In this document: one piece after another, positions 10,409-20,228 of the stretch
Layout: every line of letters begins with the position of its first letter
Numbering within the stretch: position 1 is the first letter of the stretch
Source: an uncultured cyanobacterium
GTDB lineage: Bacteria; Cyanobacteriota; Cyanobacteriia; Cyanobacteriales; Nostocaceae
Direction: 5' to 3'
NCBI GenBank assembly: GCA_963740315.1
Contig: CAVUDP010000002.1
Location: forward strand, 192,001-256,000
Length of the DNA: 64,000 nt
Position numbers and translations under genes: made by a program
Notes under the pieces: model-generated
Databases searched by the model: none
Told to the model about the DNA's origin: nothing
What the model saw: only the letters and a program-made list of their open reading frames with translations

Positions 10409-12052
10409 ATGAATAACCGAAATACTGAAACAGGGCTTACCGAATGGGAAACGCGGATGGCGAAACTGGTTGGTTTGGATGAATCCACTCCCGCAGATAT
10501 GGATGGATCGAATCTCGATCCACCTCCGCAACTACAACCAGATGAATTGACGAATAGCGCAACCCAACAGCCACTTAGTGCGAATCCCTTTGCTAAAGCG
10601 GGTTTAGTTGGTGCTGGTACCTTAGCTGTAGTCATGTTTGCTGGTGGATTTTTATCTCAAATCATGAGTAACGACAAGCCACAAGTCACGCAAAACGCCA
10701 TTCGCAGCATCCCACCGCAACCGAAAACCAAACCCCAACTGCAACAATTACAAGAAGAAGTTGAAGGATTAAAAACCAAACTCGCACTTTCCGAACAACT
10801 CGACGCGGTAAAAGCTGCCCAGCAAAAACTGAGAATGGTTAAACCTACACCATCAACACCCCGCATCGCAGCCCAACCAACTCCCCAAACACAACCGCGT
10901 ATTCCTCGTGACGTATCCATGTCTACGATTCGTCGCCAACCCCAACCACCACAAATACGTATTGTTGAAGTACCCAAAATAATCAAAGTCGATCGCGTTG
11001 TTAACGTACCACAACCGCAATCGCAGCCTCAACTCGTTTCAAAACCAGTTGCACAAAAACCAAAACCGCAACCAGTTGCACAAAAACCAAAACCAACATT
11101 ACCAGTATTAACTCAAATCGTACCACCACCCGAACTACCCGCACCCATATCTCAACAACCATTAATAGAAATTGCCCCACCACCCCAACCCAATCCCCTC
11201 CAAGAATGGGCAAGGTTAGCAAAATTGGGTAGTTACGGGCAGGTTTCTGTTGGTAAAAATCAGACTGTTAGCGATCGAACACCTCCCCGAAAAGTTGAAG
11301 TAGCCAGAAAAGTTGAAGAGAAAGAAACTGCAACCACGCCTCGACGAGAAACGCGAACCCGTACAGCCAGACAATCTACTAGAAGAAATCCTAAAACAAT
11401 ACCAGCAGGTAGCAGCGCTAAAGCCGTATTAGCGACACCGATATACGGTGAAACTACCAAATCATCCAGACGAAATGACGATGAAGAAGAAGATAATAAC
11501 GTTTACGTAGTCCGTTTAGAACAAACATTAAAAGCCGCAGACGGTACCGCAGCATTACCTAGAGGAAGTCAAATATTTACCAAAATCAATTCTATTTCTG
11601 ACAGCGGCTTAATGCGGCTAGAAATAGAAAAAATTATGGTACGAGAAAACGGTGAAATCGTAGAAAAAAGCGTACCTCAAAATGCGCTAATGATTCGCGG
11701 TAAAAAAGGAAAACCATTAATAGCCAAACAATATGGCGGTAACAATTCATCAATAGCTCGTAGAGATGCAATATCATTTTTAGCAGGGGGAATTGGTAAA
11801 GCAGCAGAATTAATTAACCGTAACGAAACAGAAGTAGTTACCGGCGAAAACGGAACAGTAGCCGTCACAAATGTCAACCGCAACCCCAGCTTGGCAGCCG
11901 GTATATTAGAAGGCGGAACGAAAACCGTAGTACCCCAAATATCTCGCCGCAATCAACGGGTTATTTCTCAAATGTCCCGTAAAACAAACATTTGGTTTCT
12001 ACCCCAAGGGAAAGAAGTCGAAATATTTGTGAATCAAGAAACGCAGTTTTGA
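10409..12052 (+). CDS. virB10: VirB10/TrbI-like protein
   Basis: N-terminal TM, coiled coil, long Pro/Gln-rich linker, C-terminal beta domain beginning TIPAGS and ending GKEVEIFVNQ. Confidence 0.7.
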   Translation: MNNRNTETGLTEWETRMAKLVGLDESTPADMDGSNLDPPPQLQPDELTNSATQQPLSANPFAKAGLVGAGTLAVVMFAGGFLSQIMSNDKPQVTQNAIRSIPPQPKTKPQLQQLQEEVEGLKTKLALSEQLDAVKAAQQKLRMVKPTPSTPRIAAQPTPQTQPRIPRDVSMSTIRRQPQPPQIRIVEVPKIIKVDRVVNVPQPQSQPQLVSKPVAQKPKPQPVAQKPKPTLPVLTQIVPPPELPAPISQQPLIEIAPPPQPNPLQEWARLAKLGSYGQVSVGKNQTVSDRTPPRKVEVARKVEEKETATTPRRETRTRTARQSTRRNPKTIPAGSSAKAVLATPIYGETTKSSRRNDDEEEDNNVYVVRLEQTLKAADGTAALPRGSQIFTKINSISDSGLMRLEIEKIMVRENGEIVEKSVPQNALMIRGKKGKPLIAKQYGGNNSSIARRDAISFLAGGIGKAAELINRNETEVVTGENGTVAVTNVNRNPSLAAGILEGGTKTVVPQISRRNQRVISQMSRKTNIWFLPQGKEVEIFVNQETQF

Positions 12053-12198
12053 AATAGTTAGGAGTTAGGAATTAAGAGTTAAGAATTAAGAATTAAGAAT
12101 TAGGAATTAGGAGTTAAGAATTTTTTCTCCCCCCTCTCCCCCCTCTCCCCCCTCTTCCCCCTCTCCCCCATCTCCCCCTCTCCCCCTCTCCCCTTTCG

Positions 12199-12735
12199 AT
12201 GAAAAAACCCCTCAACCTCCCCGTCACTTCCTTAATTTTTTCCGCAACAAGTATCTTAATGGCGAGTAGTGTTTTAGCAAACAACGCCGTTTTGCGTTCA
12301 ATATTTTCCTGTCAAGCCCAAGGTTTGGGGGGTGCAATTCCTACTATTAAAGTGTGGTACCAACAAGGGACAAATTTAAGCTTTATCCCCGCAGGAGAAA
12401 CTATAAAAAAAGTTTGGTTAGACGACCCATCACAAGTTACTCTAGATTTTGATGGTCCAATGTGCGTGCAATTTGGTGAAGACGCTGACACCGGAGATTG
12501 CGAAGACTCCGCAGCCAATGTAATTCATCTCAGAAGAATCGAAAAACTCGATATTCCCGGACTTCCCGATACTGACAATACGCTTTTAACGGTAATTACA
12601 GAAGGAAACGGTAAAAAAAGACTCTACGCCTTCCGAGTACTTTATCAAGAAGGTAGTCCCGAATATAACACCTTAGCAGTGTTTGAAGATCCCCCGAATT
12701 TCGGTGAAACTCCGTGTGTAAGAGTGAAAAATTAG
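12199..12735 (+). CDS. Secreted protein, VirB9-like (tentative)
   Basis: Signal peptide, beta-rich GETIKKVWLDDPS segment; last gene of the cluster. Confidence 0.5.
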   Translation: MKKPLNLPVTSLIFSATSILMASSVLANNAVLRSIFSCQAQGLGGAIPTIKVWYQQGTNLSFIPAGETIKKVWLDDPSQVTLDFDGPMCVQFGEDADTGDCEDSAANVIHLRRIEKLDIPGLPDTDNTLLTVITEGNGKKRLYAFRVLYQEGSPEYNTLAVFEDPPNFGETPCVRVKN

Positions 12736-12762
12736 GAGTTAAGAGTGAGGAGTTAAGAGTTA

Positions 12763-12871
12763 CTGGTTCCCAGTCTCTGGCTGGGAACCCATAACGGGAG
12801 GCTCAGCCAAAGAGTATAAATGCGAGGCAGAGCCTCTAGAAATGCATTACAAGCCAGAGACTTGTAACGAG
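12763..12871. repeat. ~110-bp multi-hairpin dispersed repeat
   Basis: Hairpins GTTCCCAG..CTGGGAAC, GAGGC..GCCTC and TTACAAG..CTTGTAA. Related copy at 17774-17880. Confidence 0.75.
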
Positions 12872-12875
12872 AATC

Positions 12876-14522
12876 CTAACTCCTCACTCCTAACTTTCCC
12901 AAAGCCCAAAACCCAAAACCCAATCCCAACAAAACCCAACACAACCAATCGCCCCAACGCACATATAAAGTTTGCGTTTGTCGTCGATAGATGGTTTCGG
13001 CGTGAGTTTCGTAGGTATTGTGTCCCGATATCCACAATGTTTTGCCGTGGGGATTTACAAATGCGGAATATCCGGTGTTTGTCGCTCTTACCGCCCATCT
13101 ATCGTTTTCTATGGCTCGCATGATATCCTGAGCGTGATGCTGAAACTGCATGGCTGCACTATAAGGATCGTTATTGGAAGCTGTGAGAATAAACTCGCCA
13201 CCCTTCTCGGTTTGATTGCGAAATTGTTCGGCAAAAGCTGAGCCGTAACAGATACCAACGATCGCATTACCAAAAGGTGTTTTAACAATCTGGTTTGATT
13301 TTCCCGGTATTTGTCTGGCGGTTATGGGAGATAACCGATTGATAATACCGCCTAAAATATTTTCAAAGGGAATGTATTCTCCTAAAGGTACTAGTTTCTC
13401 TTTGTCGTAATGGCTGTAAACTTCACCAACACCTGTAAAAGTAAATAAACTATTGGTATACCTACCTTCTCCCTGACGTTTATAACCTCCAACCCAAGCC
13501 AAAACGCCTTTTTCCCGCACTGCTGCTATTATTGGGCTGCGAATAATTTTATCTTCAAAAAACGGTAATGCACCTTCTGGTGTTAAAACCGCTTGTACGC
13601 CTTGACTTACTAATTTTAAATAACCCTGGGTATAATTTTCGATCAGACGTTGATTGCCTTTATCTTTAAATTTAATTCTATTAGGAATATTTCCCTGGAC
13701 AATTCCCACTTTTAAAGCAGCTGACGACGGTTGAGAAAGGGGACGAGAATACAAGCCGAAACCGATTAAATGAGCAGAAATAAATAATATAGCTGCAATT
13801 ATTCCCAATCGCACAGAAGCTTGTAAAACCTTACCCTGTCCTTGCGGACATCCCTCTCCTTGGTAAGGAGAGGGAAAGAGGGTGAGGTCAAATTTGTATT
13901 GCATCCGCGTGAAAAACGCTGTATTTAAAGCGAATGCTAACAACCCATTAACTGCAACGATCGCCGCCGTTACTGCTGTGGGTCCCGAAATTTGACCTAA
14001 ATGTAAAATTACTAGATTATGCGGTGACTGCGTGTAAGAAAGCGAACTCCACCATAAAGGACCCGCACTCCAAACTCTTTCTAACGCACACCAAAAAGCC
14101 GTACCAATGAGGACGCGAATGAAGCTATTTTGAGTTGAAAATATCCTCATCAACTTAGCCCAGAGCATAACTAATATGCCTCCCCAAAAGGAGATAAAAA
14201 ACCAGGCAAATAATGCGATCGCAATGCTTCCCAACCAAGGTACACCCAACCAAGTTAAAGGATGAAGCCCGGTAATCCAATACAAAGCGGTTCCGTGATA
14301 ACCCATAGCCCATAAGAGAGAGGGGGGGAGGGGGAGAGTGGGGGGAGAAGATTTATTTTTTGTTGGGTTTACAACTATTAACCATAAGGGAATCATTGCA
14401 AACCATGCTAAAAACCAAGCGCCAACAGGAGCAACGGTTAAACCCATTGCAATCCCGCTAATTAAAGCGATTATCGGTTTTGAGTTGCGAGCGATCGGTT
14501 TGGTAAAAATATTTGATTTCAT
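12876..14522 (-). CDS. lnt: Apolipoprotein N-acyltransferase
   Basis: Multi-TM N-terminus, VQGNIP, PEGA, YDKEKLVPLGEYIP, GICY, RAIENDRWAVRATNTGYS. Confidence 0.95.
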   Translation of the reverse strand: MKSNIFTKPIARNSKPIIALISGIAMGLTVAPVGAWFLAWFAMIPLWLIVVNPTKNKSSPPTLPLPPSLLWAMGYHGTALYWITGLHPLTWLGVPWLGSIAIALFAWFFISFWGGILVMLWAKLMRIFSTQNSFIRVLIGTAFWCALERVWSAGPLWWSSLSYTQSPHNLVILHLGQISGPTAVTAAIVAVNGLLAFALNTAFFTRMQYKFDLTLFPSPYQGEGCPQGQGKVLQASVRLGIIAAILFISAHLIGFGLYSRPLSQPSSAALKVGIVQGNIPNRIKFKDKGNQRLIENYTQGYLKLVSQGVQAVLTPEGALPFFEDKIIRSPIIAAVREKGVLAWVGGYKRQGEGRYTNSLFTFTGVGEVYSHYDKEKLVPLGEYIPFENILGGIINRLSPITARQIPGKSNQIVKTPFGNAIVGICYGSAFAEQFRNQTEKGGEFILTASNNDPYSAAMQFQHHAQDIMRAIENDRWAVRATNTGYSAFVNPHGKTLWISGHNTYETHAETIYRRQTQTLYVRWGDWLCWVLLGLGFGFWALGKLGVRS

Positions 14523-14673
14523 AATTAATTACATCCCAAAACTATTGTAAAGAGGCGATCGCGTCTTCAATTAATTCCTTGTGGGATGGGCATCCTTGCC
14601 CGTCCTCACAATATCTGATTAAATTTAAATGGCTATAATATTTCACGAAATTCTCGTTACATCCCAAAACTAT

Positions 14674-14703
14674 TGTAGAGACGCGAAATTTCGCGTCTCT
14701 ACA
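14674..14703. repeat. Perfect 30-bp palindrome (REP-like, may act as gyrA terminator)
   Basis: TGTAGAGACGCGAAA/TTTCGCGTCTCTACA; related hairpin at 37952-37974. Confidence 0.85.
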
Positions 14704-14734
14704 TCAGTGGTTAATAAATTACCAAAATTTGTTT

Positions 14735-17524
14735 TTATTCTTCTGTTTCTACCGCCTCATCTTCTGTTTCTTCTGTTTCTACATCATCTGCGGGTTCTAT
14801 AACAATTGTCTCTATTGTTTCTGATGCATCTTCATCTAATGATTCTTCTGATTCTTCTGATTCTTCCGATTCACCAGTATCAGCAGGAACTACTGCGACT
14901 CCGTTAATAAAGTCTTCTTCATCAAGACGCTGTACGCGCACTCCAGTAGCCGATCGCGATTGGATGGAAATGGCGTTTACTGCTTGTCGGATAATAATAC
15001 CGCGACTAGTCACCATCATAATTTCGTTGTCTTCACCAACAATACGTAAAGTTGCTAGATGATCTTGAGTTTTACGGTTTTTGAATTTGGTTGCCATTAA
15101 ACCTTGTCCGGCGCGGTTTTGCAAGCGGAATTGTCCAACTGGTACCCGTTTACCGTATCCTCCGGTAGTAATAACTAATACCCAAAGTCCGGAATTACTG
15201 TTATCCGGTACTTCTACAGTTTCGGTATTATCTGTCTCTTCGGTTTCAGCTACTTCAACTTCAGTGGCTTCAACTTCAGTGGCTTCAACTTCAGTGGCTT
15301 CAACTTCAGTGGCTTCAACTTCAGTGGCTTCAACTTCAATTGTTTCAACTTCAGTTTCTGCTGGCGTTATGTTATTGAGAATTTCAGATGGAAGAATATC
15401 CATTCCTACCAATTCGTCACCACCTTTACGCAACTTCATGGCTTTTACTCCACGAGTTGCCCTACCCAAAGGACGTAATTGTGAGTGAGTGCAGCGGAAA
15501 TGAATCGCCATACCCATGCGAGAACCGATAATTACGCTATCTTCAGCTTTCGCACGACGTACCCAGCGCAATTCGTCGCCTTCTTCTAAGGAAATCGCGA
15601 TCAAACCGTTAGCGCGAATATGGCTAAATGCAGCTAATGCAGTTTTCTTGATATAGCCGCCTTTAGTAAGCATTACCAAATATTCATCTTGGCTAAATTC
15701 GCTTACGGGTACGATCGAGGTAATTTTTTCTTCTCTAGGAATCGGTAGCATTTGTACGATAGGCGTACCCCGACTGGTGCGGGAACCCAAGGGTAATTGA
15801 TAAGCCCTCAAACAATAAACTACACCGCGTTCGCTGAAGAACAAAACGCTATCATGATCGCAGCAAGTTAAGAAATGCTCGATGTTGTCATCATCTTTTA
15901 CCTTCGCTCCTGCTTTACCTCTGGTAGCGCGACTTTGCGCTTCAAAGGTATTAACCGGCATTCGCTTCAGATAACCTTGCTGAGTCAGTAAAATGATCGC
16001 TTTTTCATTAGCAATTAAGTCTATATCATCTAAATCCCCTTCCTTATGGTTAATTACCGTGCGGCGGGGGGTAGCATGTTTTTCTCTTAACTGCTTAACT
16101 TCGGTTTCAATAATTTCTAATATTCGTTCTCTGCGAGCCAGAATATCTTGTAAATCACTTATTTGAACCTGTAATGAATCGTGTTCTAAACGAATTTTAT
16201 CAGCTTCCAAAGCCGTCAACCGTCGCAACTGCATTTGCAAAATTGCATCGGCTTGCGCTTCCGACAACCCATAGGTACTAATTAATTCACCCTTTGCCGT
16301 CGGTGCATCCGCAGCATGACGAATCAAGGCAATAATCTCGTCCAAACTGGACTGCGCGATTAATAAACCTTGTAAAATGTGATCCCTTTCTTCCGCTTTC
16401 CGCAATTCATAGCGCGTGCGTCTGGTAATCGATTCGATGCGGAAATCAATGAAAACCTGCAAAAACCGCTTCAATGTCAGTAAAATGGGTTCTCCATTTA
16501 CTAACGCAAGCATATTCGCGCCGAAGTTCGCTTGCAGTGGCGTTAACTTGTATAAATTGTTTAAAACCACACGGGGATAAGCATCGCGCTTGAGTTCGAT
16601 CACGATTCGCATACCATCGCGATCGCTTTCATCGCGGATATCGGAAATACCGTCAATGCGCTTATCGTTAACCAGTTCGGCAATTTTCTCAATTAATGCC
16701 GCCTTATTAGTTTGATAAGGCAACTCGGTGATAATTATTGCTTCTTTATCCGGTCTTCCCCGCTGCTGGAGAGTCTCAATACTAGCTACCCCGCGCATGG
16801 TAATCGAACCGCGCCCGGTAGTATAAGCTTCCTTAATCCCCGAAGTACCGAGGATTTCAGCACCCGTAGGAAAATCGGGACCGTGGATATATTTATTTAA
16901 GTCAAGATCGGTAAGTTCCGGATCGTGAATCAGTGCCACTAATCCATCAATCAACTCTCCCAAATTATGTGGTGGGATATTAGTCGCCATCCCCACCGCA
17001 ATACCGGAAGAACCATTTAGGAGTAACTGCGGTAGTCTTGCCGGTAAAACCGTAGGTTCCTGCTGCGAACCGTCGAAGTTGTCAGCAAAATCAACAGTTT
17101 CCGATTCGATATCTTGCAGTAAAGCGTCCGTAGTCAAAGATTGCAGGCGGCATTCAGTGTAACGCATAGCCGCCGGAGGGTCGTTATCGACACTTCCGAA
17201 ATTACCATGCCCTGAAATTAAAGGCGACCTCATCGAAAAATTTTGCGCCATCCGCACCAAAGCATCGTAAACAGCCGTATCGCCGTGGGGGTGGTACTTA
17301 CCTAATACCTCCCCTACAACACGGGCGCATTTACGAAAGGGGCGGTCTGCCGTCAACCCCAATTCGTGCATAGCGTAGAGAATGCGACGATGCACAGGTT
17401 TCAGACCATCCCTGGCATCTGGCAAAGCGCGACCGACAATCACGCTCATCGCATATTCCAGATAAGACCTGGACATCTCGTTTCTCAGATCCGTCGGGAT
17501 TATCCGCTCCTGAGAGTAGGTCAT
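14735..17524 (-). CDS. gyrA: DNA gyrase subunit A
   Basis: [29 protein letters not shown], GyrA-box variant QSRATRG, C-terminal pinwheel repeats. Confidence 0.98.
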   Translation of the reverse strand: MTYSQERIIPTDLRNEMSRSYLEYAMSVIVGRALPDARDGLKPVHRRILYAMHELGLTADRPFRKCARVVGEVLGKYHPHGDTAVYDALVRMAQNFSMRSPLISGHGNFGSVDNDPPAAMRYTECRLQSLTTDALLQDIESETVDFADNFDGSQQEPTVLPARLPQLLLNGSSGIAVGMATNIPPHNLGELIDGLVALIHDPELTDLDLNKYIHGPDFPTGAEILGTSGIKEAYTTGRGSITMRGVASIETLQQRGRPDKEAIIITELPYQTNKAALIEKIAELVNDKRIDGISDIRDESDRDGMRIVIELKRDAYPRVVLNNLYKLTPLQANFGANMLALVNGEPILLTLKRFLQVFIDFRIESITRRTRYELRKAEERDHILQGLLIAQSSLDEIIALIRHAADAPTAKGELISTYGLSEAQADAILQMQLRRLTALEADKIRLEHDSLQVQISDLQDILARRERILEIIETEVKQLREKHATPRRTVINHKEGDLDDIDLIANEKAIILLTQQGYLKRMPVNTFEAQSRATRGKAGAKVKDDDNIEHFLTCCDHDSVLFFSERGVVYCLRAYQLPLGSRTSRGTPIVQMLPIPREEKITSIVPVSEFSQDEYLVMLTKGGYIKKTALAAFSHIRANGLIAISLEEGDELRWVRRAKAEDSVIIGSRMGMAIHFRCTHSQLRPLGRATRGVKAMKLRKGGDELVGMDILPSEILNNITPAETEVETIEVEATEVEATEVEATEVEATEVEATEVEVAETEETDNTETVEVPDNSNSGLWVLVITTGGYGKRVPVGQFRLQNRAGQGLMATKFKNRKTQDHLATLRIVGEDNEIMMVTSRGIIIRQAVNAISIQSRSATGVRVQRLDEEDFINGVAVVPADTGESEESEESEESLDEDASETIETIVIEPADDVETEETEDEAVETEE

Positions 17525-17773
17525 AACCTAAAAAACTCCAAAAATCGCAAATTTTAGGGCTTAAATCAGAAAAAAAGCCAAATTATTCCAAATGATGCTT
17601 GAATAATCGCCATTATTTGGTACAATTTTATCACATTTTGCGTTTTTTTGCAGCCAATGGGCATGGGGAATAGGGCATTGGGAATAGGGCATTGGGCATT
17701 GGGAATTGGTAATTGGTATACGCCCGCACGCTCCGCGTGAATGGTAATTGGGCATGGGATAATCTTGACGTTT

Positions 17774-17880
17774 CTCGTTCCAAGGTTCTACCTTGGAATG
17801 CCATTCAAGAGGCTCTGCCTCCAGCTACAGAAAAGGCAGAGCCTACAGAAAAGCATTTCCACGCAGAGCATGGAAACGAG
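17774..17880. repeat. ~107-bp multi-hairpin dispersed repeat, same family as 12763-12871
   Basis: Terminal CTCGTT...AACGAG, internal AGGCTCTGCCT/AGGCAGAGCCT. Confidence 0.75.
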
Positions 17881-17928
17881 AGAAAAACTCATAACTCCTA
17901 ACTCCTAACTCATAACTCCCAACTCAAT

Positions 17929-17979
17929 AAGGTTACTGAGCAGTTCGACGTAGCTCACTGTAAGACTTGTCGAAGTACT
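17929..17979 (+). repeat. 51-bp dispersed nested repeat, copy 1 of 4
   Basis: AAGGTTACTGAGCAGTTCGACGTAGCTCACTGTAAGACTTGTCGAAGTACT, identical at 61161 (+) and at 57456 and 57520 (-). Confidence 0.95.
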
Positions 17980-18008
17980 CCTAATTCCTAACTCCCAACT
18001 CTTAACCC

Positions 18009-19217
18009 CTAACTCCCAACTCCTAACTCTTTCTGTGCCGCCACAATCAACGTTTGGGCTTCCACACCTTTACTAGGAATCATATTTGCAATACCCAAAT
18101 TCAAACTTATATAAGCAATCTTCAGCTTTTCAACTTCACTGCGTATTAAATCAGCAACATAAAACGCCCCATCAGCATCGGTATTGGGTAAAATTACGGC
18201 AAATTGAGTTTCTCGATAACGCGCTACTAAATCAATTGCTCGCTTGGCACAATTTTTAATTACTTGAGCAATTTCAATTAAAGATTCATCGCTCTTTCGA
18301 TCGCCACGAGCATTTTTATAGGATTCAAAATAGTTGATTTCGCACAGAATTAATGATATCGGTAGCTTGTAGCGCTTGTAGCGCTGCCATTCTTGGGCTA
18401 AATATTCATCAAAACGGCGACGGTTGGCAATGTTGGTTAAACTATCTATTCTTGCTTGGCGAGTTAATTCTAATTCTAAAAGCTTAGTTTGGGTGATATC
18501 GCGGATTGTTAAAGTAATTCCATCACCTAAGCTAACTACAATGATTTGATACCAGTTTTGAATATTATTAATTTCGGAATATAGTTCTTTATTTAAAGAT
18601 TTTCTGGTTTCAACTACCTCTACCAAGGAATTAAATAAACTTGGATTATCTTGAAAAATCTTGTTGTTAAGCAGATTTTCACCAATTAAATCTTCGCGAT
18701 CGCTATAAAATAATTTGGCAATTACCGGATTAGCCATTAAAAAGCGAAAATCGGTTATCTCCCCTGTAGTGGTATATCTCACCGCTTGCATTGCAGCAAT
18801 TCCATCGAGGGAAGTATTTAAAATGTTTTCTAAAAAAGCGCGGGATTGATAGAGGATTTCTTTGGTTTGTTTGAGTTCCTGGTTTTCCCGTTGTAAACGT
18901 GAAATTTCGTCTTTTAAATCAATGTTCCCATCACTGGCAACCTGAGAATTCTCCCAGAGGGGGTAGGTACTGGCAACAGAGTTTTTTTTTTGCAGCACCA
19001 GTCGCAAGTTAGTTTTATTAACTTTCTCTCCCAAAATTTCGGAAATCTTTTTCCATAGCTTGTAAGCTACATCCTTGATATGTCCGACGCTCAAGTGCGA
19101 ATTTTTGGCGATGGTAGCGTATGTTTGATTTCCCCAGGCTGCTTTTAGTATTTCTTCTTCTATAACAGTTAGCTGTTTTATTTTTTGAATAAATTTTATT
19201 GCTTCTTCAACCGTCAT
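18009..19217 (-). CDS. HTH-like + PAS + degenerate GGDEF protein
   Basis: N-terminal TYATIAKNSHLSVGHIKDVAYKLWKKIS helix-turn-helix-like domain, PAS-like middle, DSLTNIANRRRF. GGDEF site reads RETQF. Probable start ATG 19217. Confidence 0.8.
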   Translation of the reverse strand: MTVEEAIKFIQKIKQLTVIEEEILKAAWGNQTYATIAKNSHLSVGHIKDVAYKLWKKISEILGEKVNKTNLRLVLQKKNSVASTYPLWENSQVASDGNIDLKDEISRLQRENQELKQTKEILYQSRAFLENILNTSLDGIAAMQAVRYTTTGEITDFRFLMANPVIAKLFYSDREDLIGENLLNNKIFQDNPSLFNSLVEVVETRKSLNKELYSEINNIQNWYQIIVVSLGDGITLTIRDITQTKLLELELTRQARIDSLTNIANRRRFDEYLAQEWQRYKRYKLPISLILCEINYFESYKNARGDRKSDESLIEIAQVIKNCAKRAIDLVARYRETQFAVILPNTDADGAFYVADLIRSEVEKLKIAYISLNLGIANMIPSKGVEAQTLIVAAQKELGVGS

Positions 19218-19282
19218 TAATAGGTGGTTATAACATTCCAACTTTTAATTATAAATTGAAGTGTTTTTATATACGAAAAATT

Positions 19283-19353
19283 TGACACAGGTCTAAATTA
19301 CTACCCGACTTTTCCGACTTTTATACCCGACTCATCCGACTGACATAGGTCTA
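19283..19353. promoter_or_regulatory. Phased direct-repeat operator candidate between divergent genes
   Basis: TACCCGACTnnTCCGACT twice with a 22-bp period (19302, 19324), bracketed by TGACAyAGGTCTA twice (19283, 19341). Confidence 0.6.
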
Positions 19354-19517
19354 GAAAATGAGTGATTATAAATATATGGAATCAAATAATTGTTGAAGTT
19401 TATTTAGCTATCACAATAAATAAGACAGATTAGTAGTAGTTGCTGGTGCTGACGCTTTTGCCGATCGAGCAAATACTCAATTTACTCAAGTTAATTTTAA
19501 ATATTAAAATTTACCTT

Positions 19518-19976
19518 ATGTTTAACCAAAAATTAATACCATCAATTCTGATAGGTTTAAGCACTGTTTTCATTTCATCTAAAGTACTTGCAGAAAGTAC
19601 AAATGTCGAATTTAGTGGTGCTGTTTCACCAGTAACATCCATTGAATATGTCGAACAACCACCAGCAAATCTTAATGGTGGTTTTAGTTCAAATACCTTT
19701 GAAGCAACAGATCCAACGATTCTCAGACTTAACACCACCGCACCAATAAATGTCCAAGTAGCAGCCCCTGTTCCTGTCGATCTAACTGACCCAGATGGAA
19801 CTCAATATACTGGTTATCTACAATACGACGGAGGGGAAGTAGAACACGATACACCCGTTCTTATTAATCAAACTGGAGAGGTAGATTTAGGAGTGAGGAT
19901 GAAAGTTGTCCGACCTCAAGCTTTTCCAGCAGGAGAGTACACTTATATGGTACGGCTGAGTATAACTGCACAATAA
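19518..19976 (+). CDS. Secreted pilin-like subunit (Csu/CS1-like), paralog A
   Basis: Signal peptide (VLA-ES), N-terminal VEFSGAV, C-terminal PAGEYTYMVRLSITAQ. Start ATG 19518. Confidence 0.6.
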   Translation: MFNQKLIPSILIGLSTVFISSKVLAESTNVEFSGAVSPVTSIEYVEQPPANLNGGFSSNTFEATDPTILRLNTTAPINVQVAAPVPVDLTDPDGTQYTGYLQYDGGEVEHDTPVLINQTGEVDLGVRMKVVRPQAFPAGEYTYMVRLSITAQ

Positions 19977-20228
19977 GGTTCACAATTAAATTAACCGATT
20001 TATATAGATTTTGCTATCAGCCCGGAATTAATTTTCGGGCAATTTTGCGTATTACTTTTTCTCAATATTAATTATCTTTTTGCGCTTGGTTTGTATAAAC
20101 TAACTTTTAACTAGCTTCCCGATCGCATTCTTCTGGTTGAGTATGTAGGGTATGTGAGAGCTACGAAGAATTTTAGATACAACTATAATAATTTGATATT
20201 GCTCTCACGCACCAAGTCATAATTAATC

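Noticed and set aside
896..12735. Complete ICE or integrated plasmid
   Set aside because: No integrase, relaxase, coupling protein, att repeats or tRNA target visible in the window.
3068..17557. Many short antisense or alternate-frame ORFs inside virB4, virB10, lnt and gyrA
   Set aside because: They lie within well-supported genes and have no recognisable motifs.
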